From Terriglobia bacterium (GTDB lineage Bacteria; Acidobacteriota; Terriglobia; JAJPHL01): 64,000 nucleotides of DNA. Below are positions 9,337 to 20,088 of this stretch, piece by piece; the first letter of the stretch is position 1, and every line of letters begins with the position of its first letter. A program made the position numbers and the translations under genes. The notes beneath the pieces were generated by a model. That model made no database searches. It saw nothing but the letters and a program-made list of their open reading frames with translations, and was not told the origin of the DNA. Location: the NCBI GenBank assembly GCA_021325275.1, contig JAJPHL010000035.1:54916-118915 (forward strand). The letters run 5' to 3'.

Positions 9337-10212
9337 TTATTTTTTCCCGATTCGTTTGGCGAGCGCCTCGCCCATTTCCGCCGGCGACTTCACCACGGTA
9401 ATCCCCGCCGCCGTCATCGCTTTCATCTTGTCTTCCGCCGTGCCCTTGCCGCCCGAAATGATCGCACCCGCGTGCCCCATCCGTCGTCCCGGCGGCGCGG
9501 TTTGTCCGGCGACAAATCCCACCACCGGCTTCTTCATGTGCTTCCCGACGTACTCGGCGGCCTGCTCCTCGCCGTTTCCGCCGATTTCGCCGATCATGAT
9601 CACGGCGTCGGTCTCGGGATCCTCGTTGAACAAGCGCATCGCGTCAATGTGCGTGGTGCCGATGATCGGATCGCCGCCAATGCCGATGCACGTCGATTGT
9701 CCGATGCCCAGCGCGGTCAGTTGACCCACGGCTTCGTACGTGAGCGTCCCGCTGCGCGACACGACGCCGACGCGTCCAGGCAAGTGAATGTGCCCCGGCA
9801 TGATTCCAATTTTGCATTTGCCCGGCGAGATAATGCCCGGACAATTCGGTCCAATGAGCCGCGACGACGTTTGCTTCAACACGGCGTGCGCGCGAACCAT
9901 GTCCATCGTGGGAATGCCTTCCGTGATGCAGACGATCAGGGGGATTCCGGCATCGGCCGCTTCCATGATCGCTTCCGCGGCGAACATCGGCGGAACGAAA
10001 ACCACGGACGCATTCGGCTGCACTTCACGCACCGCGTCGGCGACGGTGTTGAACACCGGCAAGCCTTCGTGTTTCGTGCCGCCTTTCCCGGGCGTCACGC
10101 CGCCGACCACTTTGGTTCCGTACGCGATCGCTTGCTGCGCATGGAACGTTCCTTCCTTGCCCGTGAATCCTTGCACCAGGAGGCGCGTGTTTTCGTTGAC
10201 CTGAATGCTCAT
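9337..10212 (-). CDS. sucD: Succinyl-CoA synthetase alpha subunit
   Basis: [23 protein letters not shown] and RMGHAGA motifs. Confidence 0.98.
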   Translation of the reverse strand: MSIQVNENTRLLVQGFTGKEGTFHAQQAIAYGTKVVGGVTPGKGGTKHEGLPVFNTVADAVREVQPNASVVFVPPMFAAEAIMEAADAGIPLIVCITEGIPTMDMVRAHAVLKQTSSRLIGPNCPGIISPGKCKIGIMPGHIHLPGRVGVVSRSGTLTYEAVGQLTALGIGQSTCIGIGGDPIIGTTHIDAMRLFNEDPETDAVIMIGEIGGNGEEQAAEYVGKHMKKPVVGFVAGQTAPPGRRMGHAGAIISGGKGTAEDKMKAMTAAGITVVKSPAEMGEALAKRIGKK

Positions 10213-11390
10213 CGCGCACCTCCCGCTTGATTTCCAGCAGCCGCCGCCACGACTTTTTCCGCGGCGTCCTTCATGTCTTTCGCCACCGTGAATGCCAATC
10301 CGGATTTCTCGAGAATCTCGCGACCTTCTTTCACGTTCGTTCCTTCCATGCGCACGACAACGGGCAACGTCATCCCCAGCGCTTTCACGGCGTCCACCAC
10401 GCCGTTGGCCAGGCGATCGCAGCGCAAGATGCCGCCGAATACGTTGATCAACACGGCCCTCACGTTGGGATCGCTCATCAAAATGCGGAAGGCGTTTTTC
10501 ACTTGCTCGGCGTTCGCGCCGCCGCCCACGTCGAGGAAATTTGCGGGACTGCCGCCGGCGTACTTGATGATGTCCATGGTTGCCATCGCCAAGCCCGCGC
10601 CGTTCACCATGCAGCCGACGCTTCCGTCGAGCTTGATGTAGTTCAAGCTGTACTTGGCCGCTTCGATTTCGAGCGGCTCTTCTTCGTTCAAGTCGCGAAG
10701 TCCCGCGAATTCGGGATGGCGCGACATGGCGTTGTCGTCGAAACTGAACTTGGCGTCGAGCGCGATCACGCGATTGTCTTCGGTGAGAATCAACGGATTG
10801 ATTTCCGCCAGCGACGCGTCGGTTGCTTCAAACGCTTTCGCCAGCGCCGTCAACGTCGCCGAACCCGCCTTGATCGCTTCATTCGGCAATCCCAAACCGA
10901 AGGCCAGGCGGCGCGCTTGATAGCCTTGCAATCCCAGGCCCGGGCGCACCGGCTCTTTCAAAATCAATTCCGGAGTTTTCGCGGCGACTTCTTCAATCTC
11001 CATGCCGCCGGCCGAACTCGCCATGAACACGGGGCATCCGTAGCCGCGATCGATCACCAATCCCGCGTACAATTCCTTTTTGATCGGCAGCGTTTCCTCG
11101 ACGAGCACGCGATGTACCTTGCGTCCTTCGGGACCGGTTTGATGCGTGACCAGCGTCATGCCGAGAATTTGTCCGGCGATGCGCGCGGCGTCGTCGGGAC
11201 CATTGGCCAACTTCACGCCGCCACCCTTACCGCGTCCGCCGGCGTGAATTTGCGCCTTCACCACGACGCGTCCACCCAGACGTCCGGCGATGTCGGCGGC
11301 TTCTTCCGGCGTGTCGGCGACGTCGCCGCGAGGAACGGGCACACCGAACTTCTTCAGGGTTTCCTTGGCTTGGTATTCGTGAATTTTCAT
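10209..11390 (-). CDS. sucC: Succinyl-CoA synthetase beta subunit
   Basis: [35 protein letters not shown] and NFLDVGGG motifs. Confidence 0.98.
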   Translation of the reverse strand: MKIHEYQAKETLKKFGVPVPRGDVADTPEEAADIAGRLGGRVVVKAQIHAGGRGKGGGVKLANGPDDAARIAGQILGMTLVTHQTGPEGRKVHRVLVEETLPIKKELYAGLVIDRGYGCPVFMASSAGGMEIEEVAAKTPELILKEPVRPGLGLQGYQARRLAFGLGLPNEAIKAGSATLTALAKAFEATDASLAEINPLILTEDNRVIALDAKFSFDDNAMSRHPEFAGLRDLNEEEPLEIEAAKYSLNYIKLDGSVGCMVNGAGLAMATMDIIKYAGGSPANFLDVGGGANAEQVKNAFRILMSDPNVRAVLINVFGGILRCDRLANGVVDAVKALGMTLPVVVRMEGTNVKEGREILEKSGLAFTVAKDMKDAAEKVVAAAAGNQAGGAR

Positions 11391-11447
11391 GGATGCTTGA
11401 AAGAGAGCCTATCGCAAGGTGCTAGAATGCTCTAGTTTAACACGGGT

Positions 11448-11540
11448 ATTAGCCACCGAGACACGGAGAACACCGAGGAAAAACACCGACATCTCTCGCG
11501 GTTTTGTTTTCTCCGTGATCTCGATGTCTCGGTGCCTAAT
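11448..11540. repeat. Palindromic intergenic repeat (CACCGAGACACGGAGAACACCGAG family)
   Basis: attagccaccgagacacggagaacaccgag ... ctccgtgatctcgatgtctcggtgcctaat imperfect inverted arms upstream of trpD. Confidence 0.75.
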
Positions 11541-11550
11541 TTGGTTTTTT

Positions 11551-12600
11551 ATGCTCCACGAGGCCTTACACAAACTCGTTCACCACCACGCCGACCTGAC
11601 GCGCGAGGAATCGCGCGCCGTGATGGAGGAAATCCTTTCGGGACGCGAAGGGGATCCGCTGATCGCCGCGTTTCTCGCCGCGCTGGCCGTAAAAGGCGAA
11701 GCGGTGGAAGAATTGGTGGGCTTCGCGCAGGCGATTCGCGCGCGCGCCGTCGATCTCGGGATTCGAGTCGGCGAGGATTTGAGCGGCACCGAACGCGAGG
11801 CGCTCGTCGACACCTGCGGCACAGGTGGCGACGTGTCGGGGACATTCAACATTTCTACGGCTGTGTCATTTGTTGTCGCCGGGGCGGGCGTAAGGGTCGC
11901 CAAACACGGGAATCGCTCGGCCACGAGCAAGTGCGGCAGCGCCGACGTGATGGAAGCGCTTGGCGTGCGCCTCGATATGCCGGCGGCACGGCTGCATGAG
12001 GCGCTCGATCAAGTGGGGATTGTGTTTTTGTTCGCGCAGGCGATGCATTCGGCCATGAAGTACGCGGCGCCCGCGCGTCGCGCGCTGCGCCCGCTGCGAA
12101 CCGCCTTCAATTTGCTGGGACCGCTCACCAATCCCGCGGGCGCGTCGGCGCAAGTGGTCGGCGTGTACGAGAAGAAGTCGGCGGAAAAGCTCGCAGTGGC
12201 GTTGCGCGAACTCGGCGTGCAGCGCGCGTTCGTGGTGCACGGCCTCGACGGCCTCGACGAAATCACCACGACCACGGGAACGTACGTGGCGGAAGTGGGC
12301 ATCGACGGCGTGCGCTTCAGCTTCATCGCGCCGGAAGATTTCGGCGTGCCGCGCGCGACCATCGCTGACCTTGCGGGCAGCGACAACGCGCAGGAAAACG
12401 CGGTGCTGGTGCTCGACGTGCTGTCGGGCAAGCCGGGCCCGCGCCGCGACATCGTGCTGGTGAACGCGTCGGCGGCGCTGGTGGCCGCGGGCCGCGCGCG
12501 CGACTGGCTGGAAGGCGTCGCGATGGCCGCCGCGTCAATCGATTCGGGCGCGGCGCAGCGGAAGCTCACGATGCTGGCGGAGTTCTCGCAGCAGGCGTAA
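11551..12600 (+). CDS. trpD: Anthranilate phosphoribosyltransferase
   Basis: DTCGTGGD, FNIST, KHGNRS, GSADV and GLDGLDE motifs; start ATG 11551. Confidence 0.96.
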   Translation: MLHEALHKLVHHHADLTREESRAVMEEILSGREGDPLIAAFLAALAVKGEAVEELVGFAQAIRARAVDLGIRVGEDLSGTEREALVDTCGTGGDVSGTFNISTAVSFVVAGAGVRVAKHGNRSATSKCGSADVMEALGVRLDMPAARLHEALDQVGIVFLFAQAMHSAMKYAAPARRALRPLRTAFNLLGPLTNPAGASAQVVGVYEKKSAEKLAVALRELGVQRAFVVHGLDGLDEITTTTGTYVAEVGIDGVRFSFIAPEDFGVPRATIADLAGSDNAQENAVLVLDVLSGKPGPRRDIVLVNASAALVAAGRARDWLEGVAMAAASIDSGAAQRKLTMLAEFSQQA

Positions 12601-12688
12601 GACTTTTCAACCAGAAAGACACAAAGGACACAAAGAAAACCTTGATCCGGCGGTTATTACGTGCCACGATATTACGCGAGGCGTAATA

Positions 12689-13489
12689 ATGAAACGATGG
12701 CTTTGGATTCTCGCGGTGATGGCTGCGGCGCATCCCGCCTGTGCGCAACAAATGGGCGTGCGCGATTTCATCGCGGCGGCCAAAACGCAAAAACGCGCGC
12801 CTCTCGAATTCGAAGCAGCCTCGATTCATCCCACCGATCCGAAAGAACGCGGACAATACATGCTGCCGCGATCGCCCGTCCAAAACGAAGTGTTCGGCAC
12901 TACTTTGAAAGTGATGATCTGGGTAGTGTACCGGGTGACGCCGAGCCAGGTGGCGGGCGGACCGGATTGGATCGATAAGGAACGTTGGAACATCATCGGG
13001 AAAGCGGCGCGTCCGTCTTCGCGCGATCAACTCGCCGAGATGTTCGAGACATTACTGGCCAACCGCTTTCAACTGAAGTTCCACATCGAGTCGCGCAAAT
13101 TGCCGGCGCTCGTGTTGACCGTGGCGAAGCCCGGCAAACTCAAGGTGAACACGGCGAATTTGTCGGACTTCGACCGCTTGCCGATTCGCATGACGACGTT
13201 CGGCAAGTTCAGCGCCGAAGCCTGCGACATTCCGTACTTCACTTGGTGGATGGCGTCGAACATTTTGCACCAACCGGTGATCAATCGCACCAACCTCACT
13301 GAGAAGTACGACTTCAACGTACAGTTCGATCCGCGCCTGACCGTCAATCCCGATGACGAATCGAGCAACGCTACCGCGCTGCCTTCGCCTTACAGCGCGT
13401 TCAAAGACCAGCTCGGATTGAAACTGTCGAGAGGGACGGGGGCCGTCGACGTGATCGTGATCGATCACGCCGAAAAGCCGTCGAACTAG
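12689..13489 (+). CDS. TIGR03435-family secreted protein (Acidobacteria-enriched)
   Basis: Signal peptide; FEAASI, GGPDWI, LLANRFQLKFH, QLGLKL and VIVIDHAEKPSN motifs. Confidence 0.85.
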   Translation: MKRWLWILAVMAAAHPACAQQMGVRDFIAAAKTQKRAPLEFEAASIHPTDPKERGQYMLPRSPVQNEVFGTTLKVMIWVVYRVTPSQVAGGPDWIDKERWNIIGKAARPSSRDQLAEMFETLLANRFQLKFHIESRKLPALVLTVAKPGKLKVNTANLSDFDRLPIRMTTFGKFSAEACDIPYFTWWMASNILHQPVINRTNLTEKYDFNVQFDPRLTVNPDDESSNATALPSPYSAFKDQLGLKLSRGTGAVDVIVIDHAEKPSN

Positions 13490-15858
13490 CTTCCAATCGC
13501 GATCGCCTGAATGTATTCTTCGAGCGACTGCTGCGCTTTGTCGACCGCGTCCTGCAACTTTTGCGTTTCCGATTTGATCTGCGCCAAGCGATCCTCTTGC
13601 TCTTCCATTTGCCGGATGTAGCGCTGGCGCAGCGTCGTTTCGTCTTTGTGGTCGGGATTTAGTCTCGACAAGTTGTCGCGCAACCGGCTTTGATCCTTCT
13701 CGATCCCGCTTTTTTCGTTCGCGAGCGCTTGAAGCTTGTTGTTCTGCTCGGCAATCGCCGACTGCCGGCGGATCACTTCCCGAATCGCCTTTTCCGTCGC
13801 AGGGTCAAGCGACTTTTCGGTGAACCATGTGGAAATGTCGTCTTCGTCGATGTCGGAGATTTTGTAAGTGGTTTCGACGGGGTTCGATTCCTGCACCACA
13901 AGCTGCGTGGTGGTTTTCGGCTTTACCTCCACGCGGAAACGGTAGAATCCCGCGGTCGTTTCCGCGGGATCGGGCGTATCGACGAGCTTCCAGCCGGGCC
14001 GCAGCGTGTGTTCCACCACAACCACGCGCGGTTTGTCATCGTTATTGCGGATCACGTACGTTTTTTTCTCGCGCGCCTGGCGTGTTTGCGTCATCACGCC
14101 GTGAATGATCGTGGTTTTCGCCAGCCGCTCCTTCTCGCTATCGAGCGCGGAGGTGATCGCGAGCCCCGAATCGAGCGCGTAACTCAGCAGGCGGCGCTCG
14201 CCGGGATGGATCGCGTCGGTCAAGCCTTCGCCGGCGAAGGCGTTCGAGTCGATCACGTTGAACGATCCGGAGTCGAGTGTGAGTGGGCTCGAGTTTTTCA
14301 GCCACACCGCCAGGCGCGGACGACGGTCGCGGCCCGCCTCGTTGTAGACCACCACTTTTTCACCGTCGATTTCTGAGTTGACGATCGGCAGAAGCGCCGA
14401 TTGATTGCGGTGAATCGTCACGGGCTGGCGGATCTTGTATTCGAACTGATCGCCAACGGGTTGCGCGTCGGCGACTTCGGTGTCGCTTTCGCGAATCATG
14501 TTGCTCAGCGTTAAGCCTGGCTTCGGGGCGTAAACGACGTCCTCCTTGAGCCAGCGCGTGTTCCGCGACGACGAGACCGTCGCGTTCGACGTTTCCAGTG
14601 ACTGTAGGCTTTGAGCTGTCACCGTGACCGTCTCCGCTGTTGATCCCACGCTCAGCGCTGGATTCAAAGACGTCGCGCGTCCCGCCGTGACATTGACATT
14701 GGAGACTGCCATGTCTTTAAAACCGCGCATCGCGACTTTCACGGCGTACTTCCCGGGATCGAGTGTGGCTTCGAATCTCCCGTTGCTATCCGTGAAGACT
14801 TGCCGCATGTGTCCCTGGCCGTCGATAGATACCGTCGCACCGGGGATCACCGCGCCGGTGGCGTCAGTCACCGTTCCTGAAATCCCCGACGCGCCCGCTG
14901 GAAGCTCTAGCGTCGCTTCGTGCGTTTGCGGCGACACTTCAAATCCTTGCGCCATCGGGATCACGGGACGCCGCCCGTAAATCGGCTGCGACAAATTCTG
15001 GATGAAACTCACTGGCTGCCCGGCGACGAGTGAGAGGTCTACGTTCTCCCAATCGTTCGCCGTGGTGTTGTCGACAATCGCCCAGCCTTGCAGAAACGGC
15101 TTGCGTTGCGCGTCGAGCACCAAGCGATACGTCGTCTTCCAAATCGGCGACTCCGACGTGTAGCTGACCAGCAATCCGCGATCGCCGGCGCCTGTCGTGG
15201 CGATGCGCAGGCGACGCGAGTCGCGTTGATGCGCGGAGTCGAGCACGGTGAGATAGTCGCGCAGTTCCGCGGCGAGTTCCGGCTTCACGAGTCTCACACC
15301 CGCCGTCGACGGCAGTTCGATGGTGCGAACTTCGCCGTGCTGCGTGAGGAGATTCAACTGCATCGTTTGTCCAATGATGTATTCACCCGATTTTTTCTGG
15401 CGAATTTCGGCGCCCATCAATCTTCCGACGACCGGCGCGGCCGGCGCGCCACCGGTAGCCGGAGGCACCGCAACTTCTACCTCCGCGCCGGGAATGCGAT
15501 TGAGGAAATCGATCAACCCTTGCGCCGGATCGACCTTCACAGGAAGATCGCTCAGCCGCCGCGCGACGGATTCCGCCGAATCGTAGGTGATCGCGCCGAT
15601 TTGTCCGCGCCCGCGATCGATCACGGTGAGCGATTTCAGCACGTCGTCGAGCTGGCGGCTCGGCAGCAGAATCTCGACGTTTTGATTGCCCGTGACACGG
15701 CCGTCGTGCTCGAAGTATCCGAGGCCGTTTTTGTACAAAACCACTCGCTTGACCGGCAAGTCCTGCGGCCACAACGAACTTGCTCCAAAAAGCAGAAAGG
15801 CCGCCAGCGTGGCGGCCGTACGGAAACACAAAGATGTGCGACTCTGGCTAGAAGTCAT
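13486..15858 (-). CDS. DUF4139-like secreted protein with inserted carboxypeptidase-regulatory-like beta-sandwich and C-terminal coiled coil
   Basis: VVLYKNGLGYFEH, WKTTYRL and LQGWAIVDNTT..DW motifs; insert ISGTVTDATGAVIPGATV; start could be 15891 or 15858. Confidence 0.75.
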   Translation of the reverse strand: MTSSQSRTSLCFRTAATLAAFLLFGASSLWPQDLPVKRVVLYKNGLGYFEHDGRVTGNQNVEILLPSRQLDDVLKSLTVIDRGRGQIGAITYDSAESVARRLSDLPVKVDPAQGLIDFLNRIPGAEVEVAVPPATGGAPAAPVVGRLMGAEIRQKKSGEYIIGQTMQLNLLTQHGEVRTIELPSTAGVRLVKPELAAELRDYLTVLDSAHQRDSRRLRIATTGAGDRGLLVSYTSESPIWKTTYRLVLDAQRKPFLQGWAIVDNTTANDWENVDLSLVAGQPVSFIQNLSQPIYGRRPVIPMAQGFEVSPQTHEATLELPAGASGISGTVTDATGAVIPGATVSIDGQGHMRQVFTDSNGRFEATLDPGKYAVKVAMRGFKDMAVSNVNVTAGRATSLNPALSVGSTAETVTVTAQSLQSLETSNATVSSSRNTRWLKEDVVYAPKPGLTLSNMIRESDTEVADAQPVGDQFEYKIRQPVTIHRNQSALLPIVNSEIDGEKVVVYNEAGRDRRPRLAVWLKNSSPLTLDSGSFNVIDSNAFAGEGLTDAIHPGERRLLSYALDSGLAITSALDSEKERLAKTTIIHGVMTQTRQAREKKTYVIRNNDDKPRVVVVEHTLRPGWKLVDTPDPAETTAGFYRFRVEVKPKTTTQLVVQESNPVETTYKISDIDEDDISTWFTEKSLDPATEKAIREVIRRQSAIAEQNNKLQALANEKSGIEKDQSRLRDNLSRLNPDHKDETTLRQRYIRQMEEQEDRLAQIKSETQKLQDAVDKAQQSLEEYIQAIAIGS

Positions 15859-15903
15859 GTTGCCCCCACCCGTTGCATGGCCTGTATGCAACTCTTGAGG
15901 CGT

Positions 15904-15931
15904 GAGACGCCTTACGCAACCGCAAGGTTCC
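15904..15931 (-). promoter_or_regulatory. Candidate ECF sigma-factor promoter for the DUF4139 gene
   Basis: Minus strand GGAACC-N16-CGTC(TC). Confidence 0.4.
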
Positions 15932-15939
15932 AGGAAAAG

Positions 15940-16530
15940 TTACGCGGCCGTACCGCGCAGACCCAATTCGTCCGCCGCGCCCTGAAGCGCCTGGATGCAA
16001 AACTGTACGTGATCGGCGAGTTCCACGCCCATCGCCGCCGCGCCGTTGCGGATGTCGTCGCGATTCACGGAGCGCGCGAACGCTTTGTCCTTCATCTTCT
16101 TGATCACCGAGGGCGCTTCCACTTCGAAGATGCTCTTGTTGGGCTTCACAAGGGCGCACGCCGTCAGGAATCCCGCCAGTTCGTCGCAGGCGAAGAGCGC
16201 TTTTTCGAGCGGCGTCTCGCGCGACACGCCGCTGTACTCGGCGTGCGACAAGATCGCGCGCCGGAAAAACGGCGGATAGCCGCGGTCTTCCAGGATTTTC
16301 TCGCCGACAAAGGGGTGTTCCTGCGGCGTGGGGAATTGATCGTAGTCGAAATCGTGCAGCAGCCCGACGAGTCCCCAGGCTTCTTCGTTGGCGGGATCGA
16401 GTTTCTTGGCGTAGGCGCGCATGCACGCCTCCACGGCCAGGGCGTGCTTGATCAAACTTTCATTTTTGGTGTATTCGTGCAGCAAGGCCAGCGATGTAGC
16501 GCGGTCCAATTCCTTCGGTAGGCTTTCCAT
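15940..16530 (-). CDS. HD/HDIG-domain metal-dependent phosphohydrolase
   Basis: LIKHALAV, GLLHDFDY, AILSHA and LFACDELAG motifs. Confidence 0.88.
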   Translation of the reverse strand: MESLPKELDRATSLALLHEYTKNESLIKHALAVEACMRAYAKKLDPANEEAWGLVGLLHDFDYDQFPTPQEHPFVGEKILEDRGYPPFFRRAILSHAEYSGVSRETPLEKALFACDELAGFLTACALVKPNKSIFEVEAPSVIKKMKDKAFARSVNRDDIRNGAAAMGVELADHVQFCIQALQGAADELGLRGTAA

Positions 16531-16646
16531 GCGTAAAAATGTACCATAGCAGGCACGGCGGGCCGCCGATGGTCAAACAATTCACTTTCAAAATGTTCCG
16601 TGTTGTGCGAGGATAGCTCTCGGCGATTCACCTCGACGCGCTACGT

Positions 16647-17354
16647 ATGGCCACTTCCGTACGCGTTGAAACCATCCCTGTTACCAGCACGCCCGCCGGG
16701 AAGCTCCCGCCGATGAACGGCGCGGAGATTTCCGCGAGCCACATTGCCGCTCCCATCCCTGTTCAGGACAAAGACACCTCATCACCCGATGCTCGTCCTG
16801 TCGTGCGGTGCGACCGCTGCCGGCTGGTTCAGTTTCGGGCCTCCCACAATCGTTGCCGCCGCTGCATGATGCCGTTCGTGGTGGCCGCGCCTCCGCCGCC
16901 GGAACCGGTGGTGGAAGCCGAAGCCCATCCCGACATCGCCGCCGGCGTGCGCGCCTGGCGACAGCAGCGCGGCCTCACGCAGAAGCAACTCGCCTTCGCC
17001 GCGCATCTGCCGCGCACCTACATCTCGCGCATCGAGAACGGCCGCATTCTGCCCGGACTCTCCACGCTCGAGCGGGTCGCGGGCGCGTTGCACGTAGGAC
17101 TCGCGGCGCTGCTCGATCGACGCGGGTGCAACGGACACGGTCCAAACGGCAACGCCCTTCATCCGAATGGAAACGGCCACGCCTTCGTTCCCGATCCCGC
17201 CGTTTACGACACGGCGTCTGGAAACGGTCACGCGGTGATGAACGAGAACGAGGCGTTCTTACGCCAGATGGTCCGCTACTGCCGGCGCATGACGGTGGTG
17301 CAGCGCGCCGCGGTGATCGATCGCGTGAAGGCACTGGCGACGGCTGGACATTAG
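16647..17354 (+). CDS. XRE-family HTH regulator with N-terminal CxxC..CxxC zinc finger
   Basis: CDRC..CRRC followed by RGLTQKQLA..RTYISRIENGRILP. Confidence 0.82.
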   Translation: MATSVRVETIPVTSTPAGKLPPMNGAEISASHIAAPIPVQDKDTSSPDARPVVRCDRCRLVQFRASHNRCRRCMMPFVVAAPPPPEPVVEAEAHPDIAAGVRAWRQQRGLTQKQLAFAAHLPRTYISRIENGRILPGLSTLERVAGALHVGLAALLDRRGCNGHGPNGNALHPNGNGHAFVPDPAVYDTASGNGHAVMNENEAFLRQMVRYCRRMTVVQRAAVIDRVKALATAGH

Positions 17355-17938
17355 GTCGTCAACAAACGATAGAGCGCGGCCACGGGCAAGCCCATCACGT
17401 TGTAGTAGCAGCCTTCGATTCGCTCGATAAACTTGGCCGCGCCGCCTTGGATTCCGTAGGCGCCCGCTTTGTCGCGCGGTTCACCCGTCGCGACATAGGC
17501 AGCGATTTCCTCATCGCTCATCGGCCCAAAGTACACGCGCGTGGACGCTACTTCCTCACGACGCGCGCCTCCCGCGCCTCCATCGAGGGGAACAACGCAA
17601 ATGGCCGTGAGCACGTCGTGCGCGCGACCGGCGAGCGATCGCAACATTTCCGCGGCGTGCGCGTCCGATTGCGGCTTGCCGAGCGCGCGGTGATCGAGGA
17701 TTACTTCGGTGTCCGCGCCCAACACCACGGCCCCCGGCCGCGTGCCCGCCGCGCGCGCGACATCTTGCGCTTTTTCCCGCGCCAATCGCGCGACATATTG
17801 CTCGCCGGTTTCCCCGGCGATTTGCTTTTCCTCAACTCTACTGGCGCGTACTTCAAACTGCACGCCCACAAGCGACAGCAACTCGCGGCGTCGCGGTGAC
17901 GCTGAGGCCAGGACCACATAAGGCAGCGCGTTGGGCAT
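17351..17938 (-). CDS. maf: Maf-family nucleoside triphosphate pyrophosphatase (YhdE-like)
   Basis: LASASPRRRELL, LGADT and DKAGAYGIQ motifs. Confidence 0.93.
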   Translation of the reverse strand: MPNALPYVVLASASPRRRELLSLVGVQFEVRASRVEEKQIAGETGEQYVARLAREKAQDVARAAGTRPGAVVLGADTEVILDHRALGKPQSDAHAAEMLRSLAGRAHDVLTAICVVPLDGGAGGARREEVASTRVYFGPMSDEEIAAYVATGEPRDKAGAYGIQGGAAKFIERIEGCYYNVMGLPVAALYRLLTT

Positions 17939-17961
17939 TTGAAAGGTATACACTATTTCGC

Positions 17962-20076
17962 ATGTTCAGCACCCACACCCGCTCTATCCTTGCTTTCGCC
18001 GCCGTGGCCGCCTGCGCGCTGCCGGGCTTTTCGCCCAAACTGGTGGCCCAGAAGCATCCCATGACCATCGAAGACATCCAGAAATTCCGCGAAGTGCGCG
18101 ACGCCCAATGCTCGCCCGATGGCAAGCAAGTGGCCTACGTCGTCTCGCAAATCGACGTGAAGGAAGATCGCAGCAATTCGCACATCTGGATGATCGGCTA
18201 CGACGGCTCGAACGATCGCCAAATGACCTCGAGCACCGATAGCGAGAGCGGGCCGCGCTTCAGTCCTGACGGGAAGTATCTGTCGTTCACGTCGTCGCGC
18301 ACGGGACCGGCGCGCGGGAATCAAGTGTGGCTGCTCGATCGCAACGGCGGCGAAGCGTTTCAGCTTACTGACGTCAAGGGACGCTTGCAAGGCTACGAGT
18401 GGTCGCCGGATTCCAAGCGCCTCGCGCTTGTCGTCGGCGATCCCGATCCGGATGCGCCGGATGGTCCCGAAGGCGGTGGCGGAGGCGCACCGGCCGCGGG
18501 AGGTCGTGGCGGAGCGGGACGTGGCGGCGCCGCGCCGAAGCCGATCGTCATCGATCGCTACAAGTTCAAGCAAGACGGCCAGGGATATTTGCTTTCCGGC
18601 CGTCACAGCTACGTTTATCTCTTCGACATCGCAACGAAGAAAACGGAGCGCCTAACGAAATCGAAATTCGATGAAGCATCGCCCGCGTGGTCGCCGGACG
18701 GATCGAAGATCGCGTTCACGAGCAATCGCAATCCCGATGCCGACCGTGAACCGTCCACGCAAATCTTTATCGCGGAATCAAAGCCGGGCTCGATAGAGAA
18801 AGCGATCACGCCGGCGACGTCCCGCGGCGGTCGCGGACGCCCCGAGTGGTCGCTGGACGCCAAGTGGATCGCGTATCTTGAGGGCGAAGCGGATAAGAAG
18901 TTTGCCGCGTACGGCCAGGAACATTTGAATTTGGTAGCCACCGACGGCAACTCCGCGCCGATCCGCCAAGCGATTTCAGACGCGCTCGACCGCAGCGTGT
19001 CGTCGCCGAAATTCACAGCGGACTCGATCACGTTCCTGGTGACGGACGATATGTCGGAATATCCCGCGCGCATGCGGCTGGGCCGCAGCGATGTGGAGAA
19101 GCTGCTGCCCGAACCGGTAGTGGTTTCCGCGCCGAACACGGCGGGAGCGTGTTCCATCGTGATGGCCGGAGGCACGCAGAAGCACCAAGAGATTTACGCG
19201 TTTGAAAACAGCAAACTGCGGCAATTGACGCATCAGAACGACGCGCTGTTCGACACGCTCGATCTCGGCCAAGTGGAAAAAGTCAGTTTCAAGAGCAAGG
19301 ACGGCACCGAAGTTCACGGCTTGCTGACCATGCCGGTAGGTTATAAAGCCGGACAAAAGGTTCCGCTTCTGCTGCGCATTCACGGCGGACCGAATTCGCA
19401 GGAAGCGTATCGTTTCTCCACCGAGCATCAGTTTTTCGCGGCTAACGGCTACGCGGTGCTGGCGGTCAACTATCGCGGCAGCGCGGGACGCGGCCAGAAA
19501 TTCTCGCGCGCCATCGCCGCCGACTGGGGACATCTGGAGGTAGAGGATTTGATCGCGGGCGTCAATCACGTGATCGAGATGGGCGTGGCCGATCCCAACA
19601 AGTTGGGCGTCGGCGGATGGAGCTATGGCGGCATTCTCACCGACTACATGATCGCCAGCGACACGCGCTTCAAAGGCGCGACCTCGGGCGCGGGCACCGC
19701 CTTCACCGTGGCGTTCTACGGAACGGATCAGTACATTTTGCAATACGACTACGAGATCGGACCACCGTGGCAGGAAGAAGCGTGGAAAACGTATCAGAAA
19801 ATTTCCTATCCGTTCCTCCACGCGGATCGCATCAAGACGCCGACGATTTTCTTCGGCGGCGAGCGCGACTTCAACGTGCCGGTGCAAGGCGGTCAGCAGA
19901 TGTATCAAGCCCTGCGCAGCTTGGGCATCGACACGCGCCTGGTGATTTATCCGAACGAGACGCACGGCATTTCGCGCCCAAGCTACGTGAAGGATCGCTA
20001 CCAGCGGTATCTGGCGTGGTACGACAAATACGTGAAAGGCACCGAGACCGCGAAGCAACCGATCGAAGACAAGTAA
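17962..20076 (+). CDS. S9 family serine peptidase (acylaminoacyl/dipeptidyl peptidase)
   Basis: Signal peptide, PD40-type SPDG repeats, IHGGP, GWSYGG nucleophile, D(FNVP), H(GI). Confidence 0.92.
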   Translation: MFSTHTRSILAFAAVAACALPGFSPKLVAQKHPMTIEDIQKFREVRDAQCSPDGKQVAYVVSQIDVKEDRSNSHIWMIGYDGSNDRQMTSSTDSESGPRFSPDGKYLSFTSSRTGPARGNQVWLLDRNGGEAFQLTDVKGRLQGYEWSPDSKRLALVVGDPDPDAPDGPEGGGGGAPAAGGRGGAGRGGAAPKPIVIDRYKFKQDGQGYLLSGRHSYVYLFDIATKKTERLTKSKFDEASPAWSPDGSKIAFTSNRNPDADREPSTQIFIAESKPGSIEKAITPATSRGGRGRPEWSLDAKWIAYLEGEADKKFAAYGQEHLNLVATDGNSAPIRQAISDALDRSVSSPKFTADSITFLVTDDMSEYPARMRLGRSDVEKLLPEPVVVSAPNTAGACSIVMAGGTQKHQEIYAFENSKLRQLTHQNDALFDTLDLGQVEKVSFKSKDGTEVHGLLTMPVGYKAGQKVPLLLRIHGGPNSQEAYRFSTEHQFFAANGYAVLAVNYRGSAGRGQKFSRAIAADWGHLEVEDLIAGVNHVIEMGVADPNKLGVGGWSYGGILTDYMIASDTRFKGATSGAGTAFTVAFYGTDQYILQYDYEIGPPWQEEAWKTYQKISYPFLHADRIKTPTIFFGGERDFNVPVQGGQQMYQALRSLGIDTRLVIYPNETHGISRPSYVKDRYQRYLAWYDKYVKGTETAKQPIEDK

Positions 20077-20088
20077 GGTTAACAGCGG

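Noticed and set aside
11391..11550. Possible trp attenuator upstream of trpD
   Set aside because: No Trp-rich leader peptide; the hairpin is explained by the palindromic repeat family
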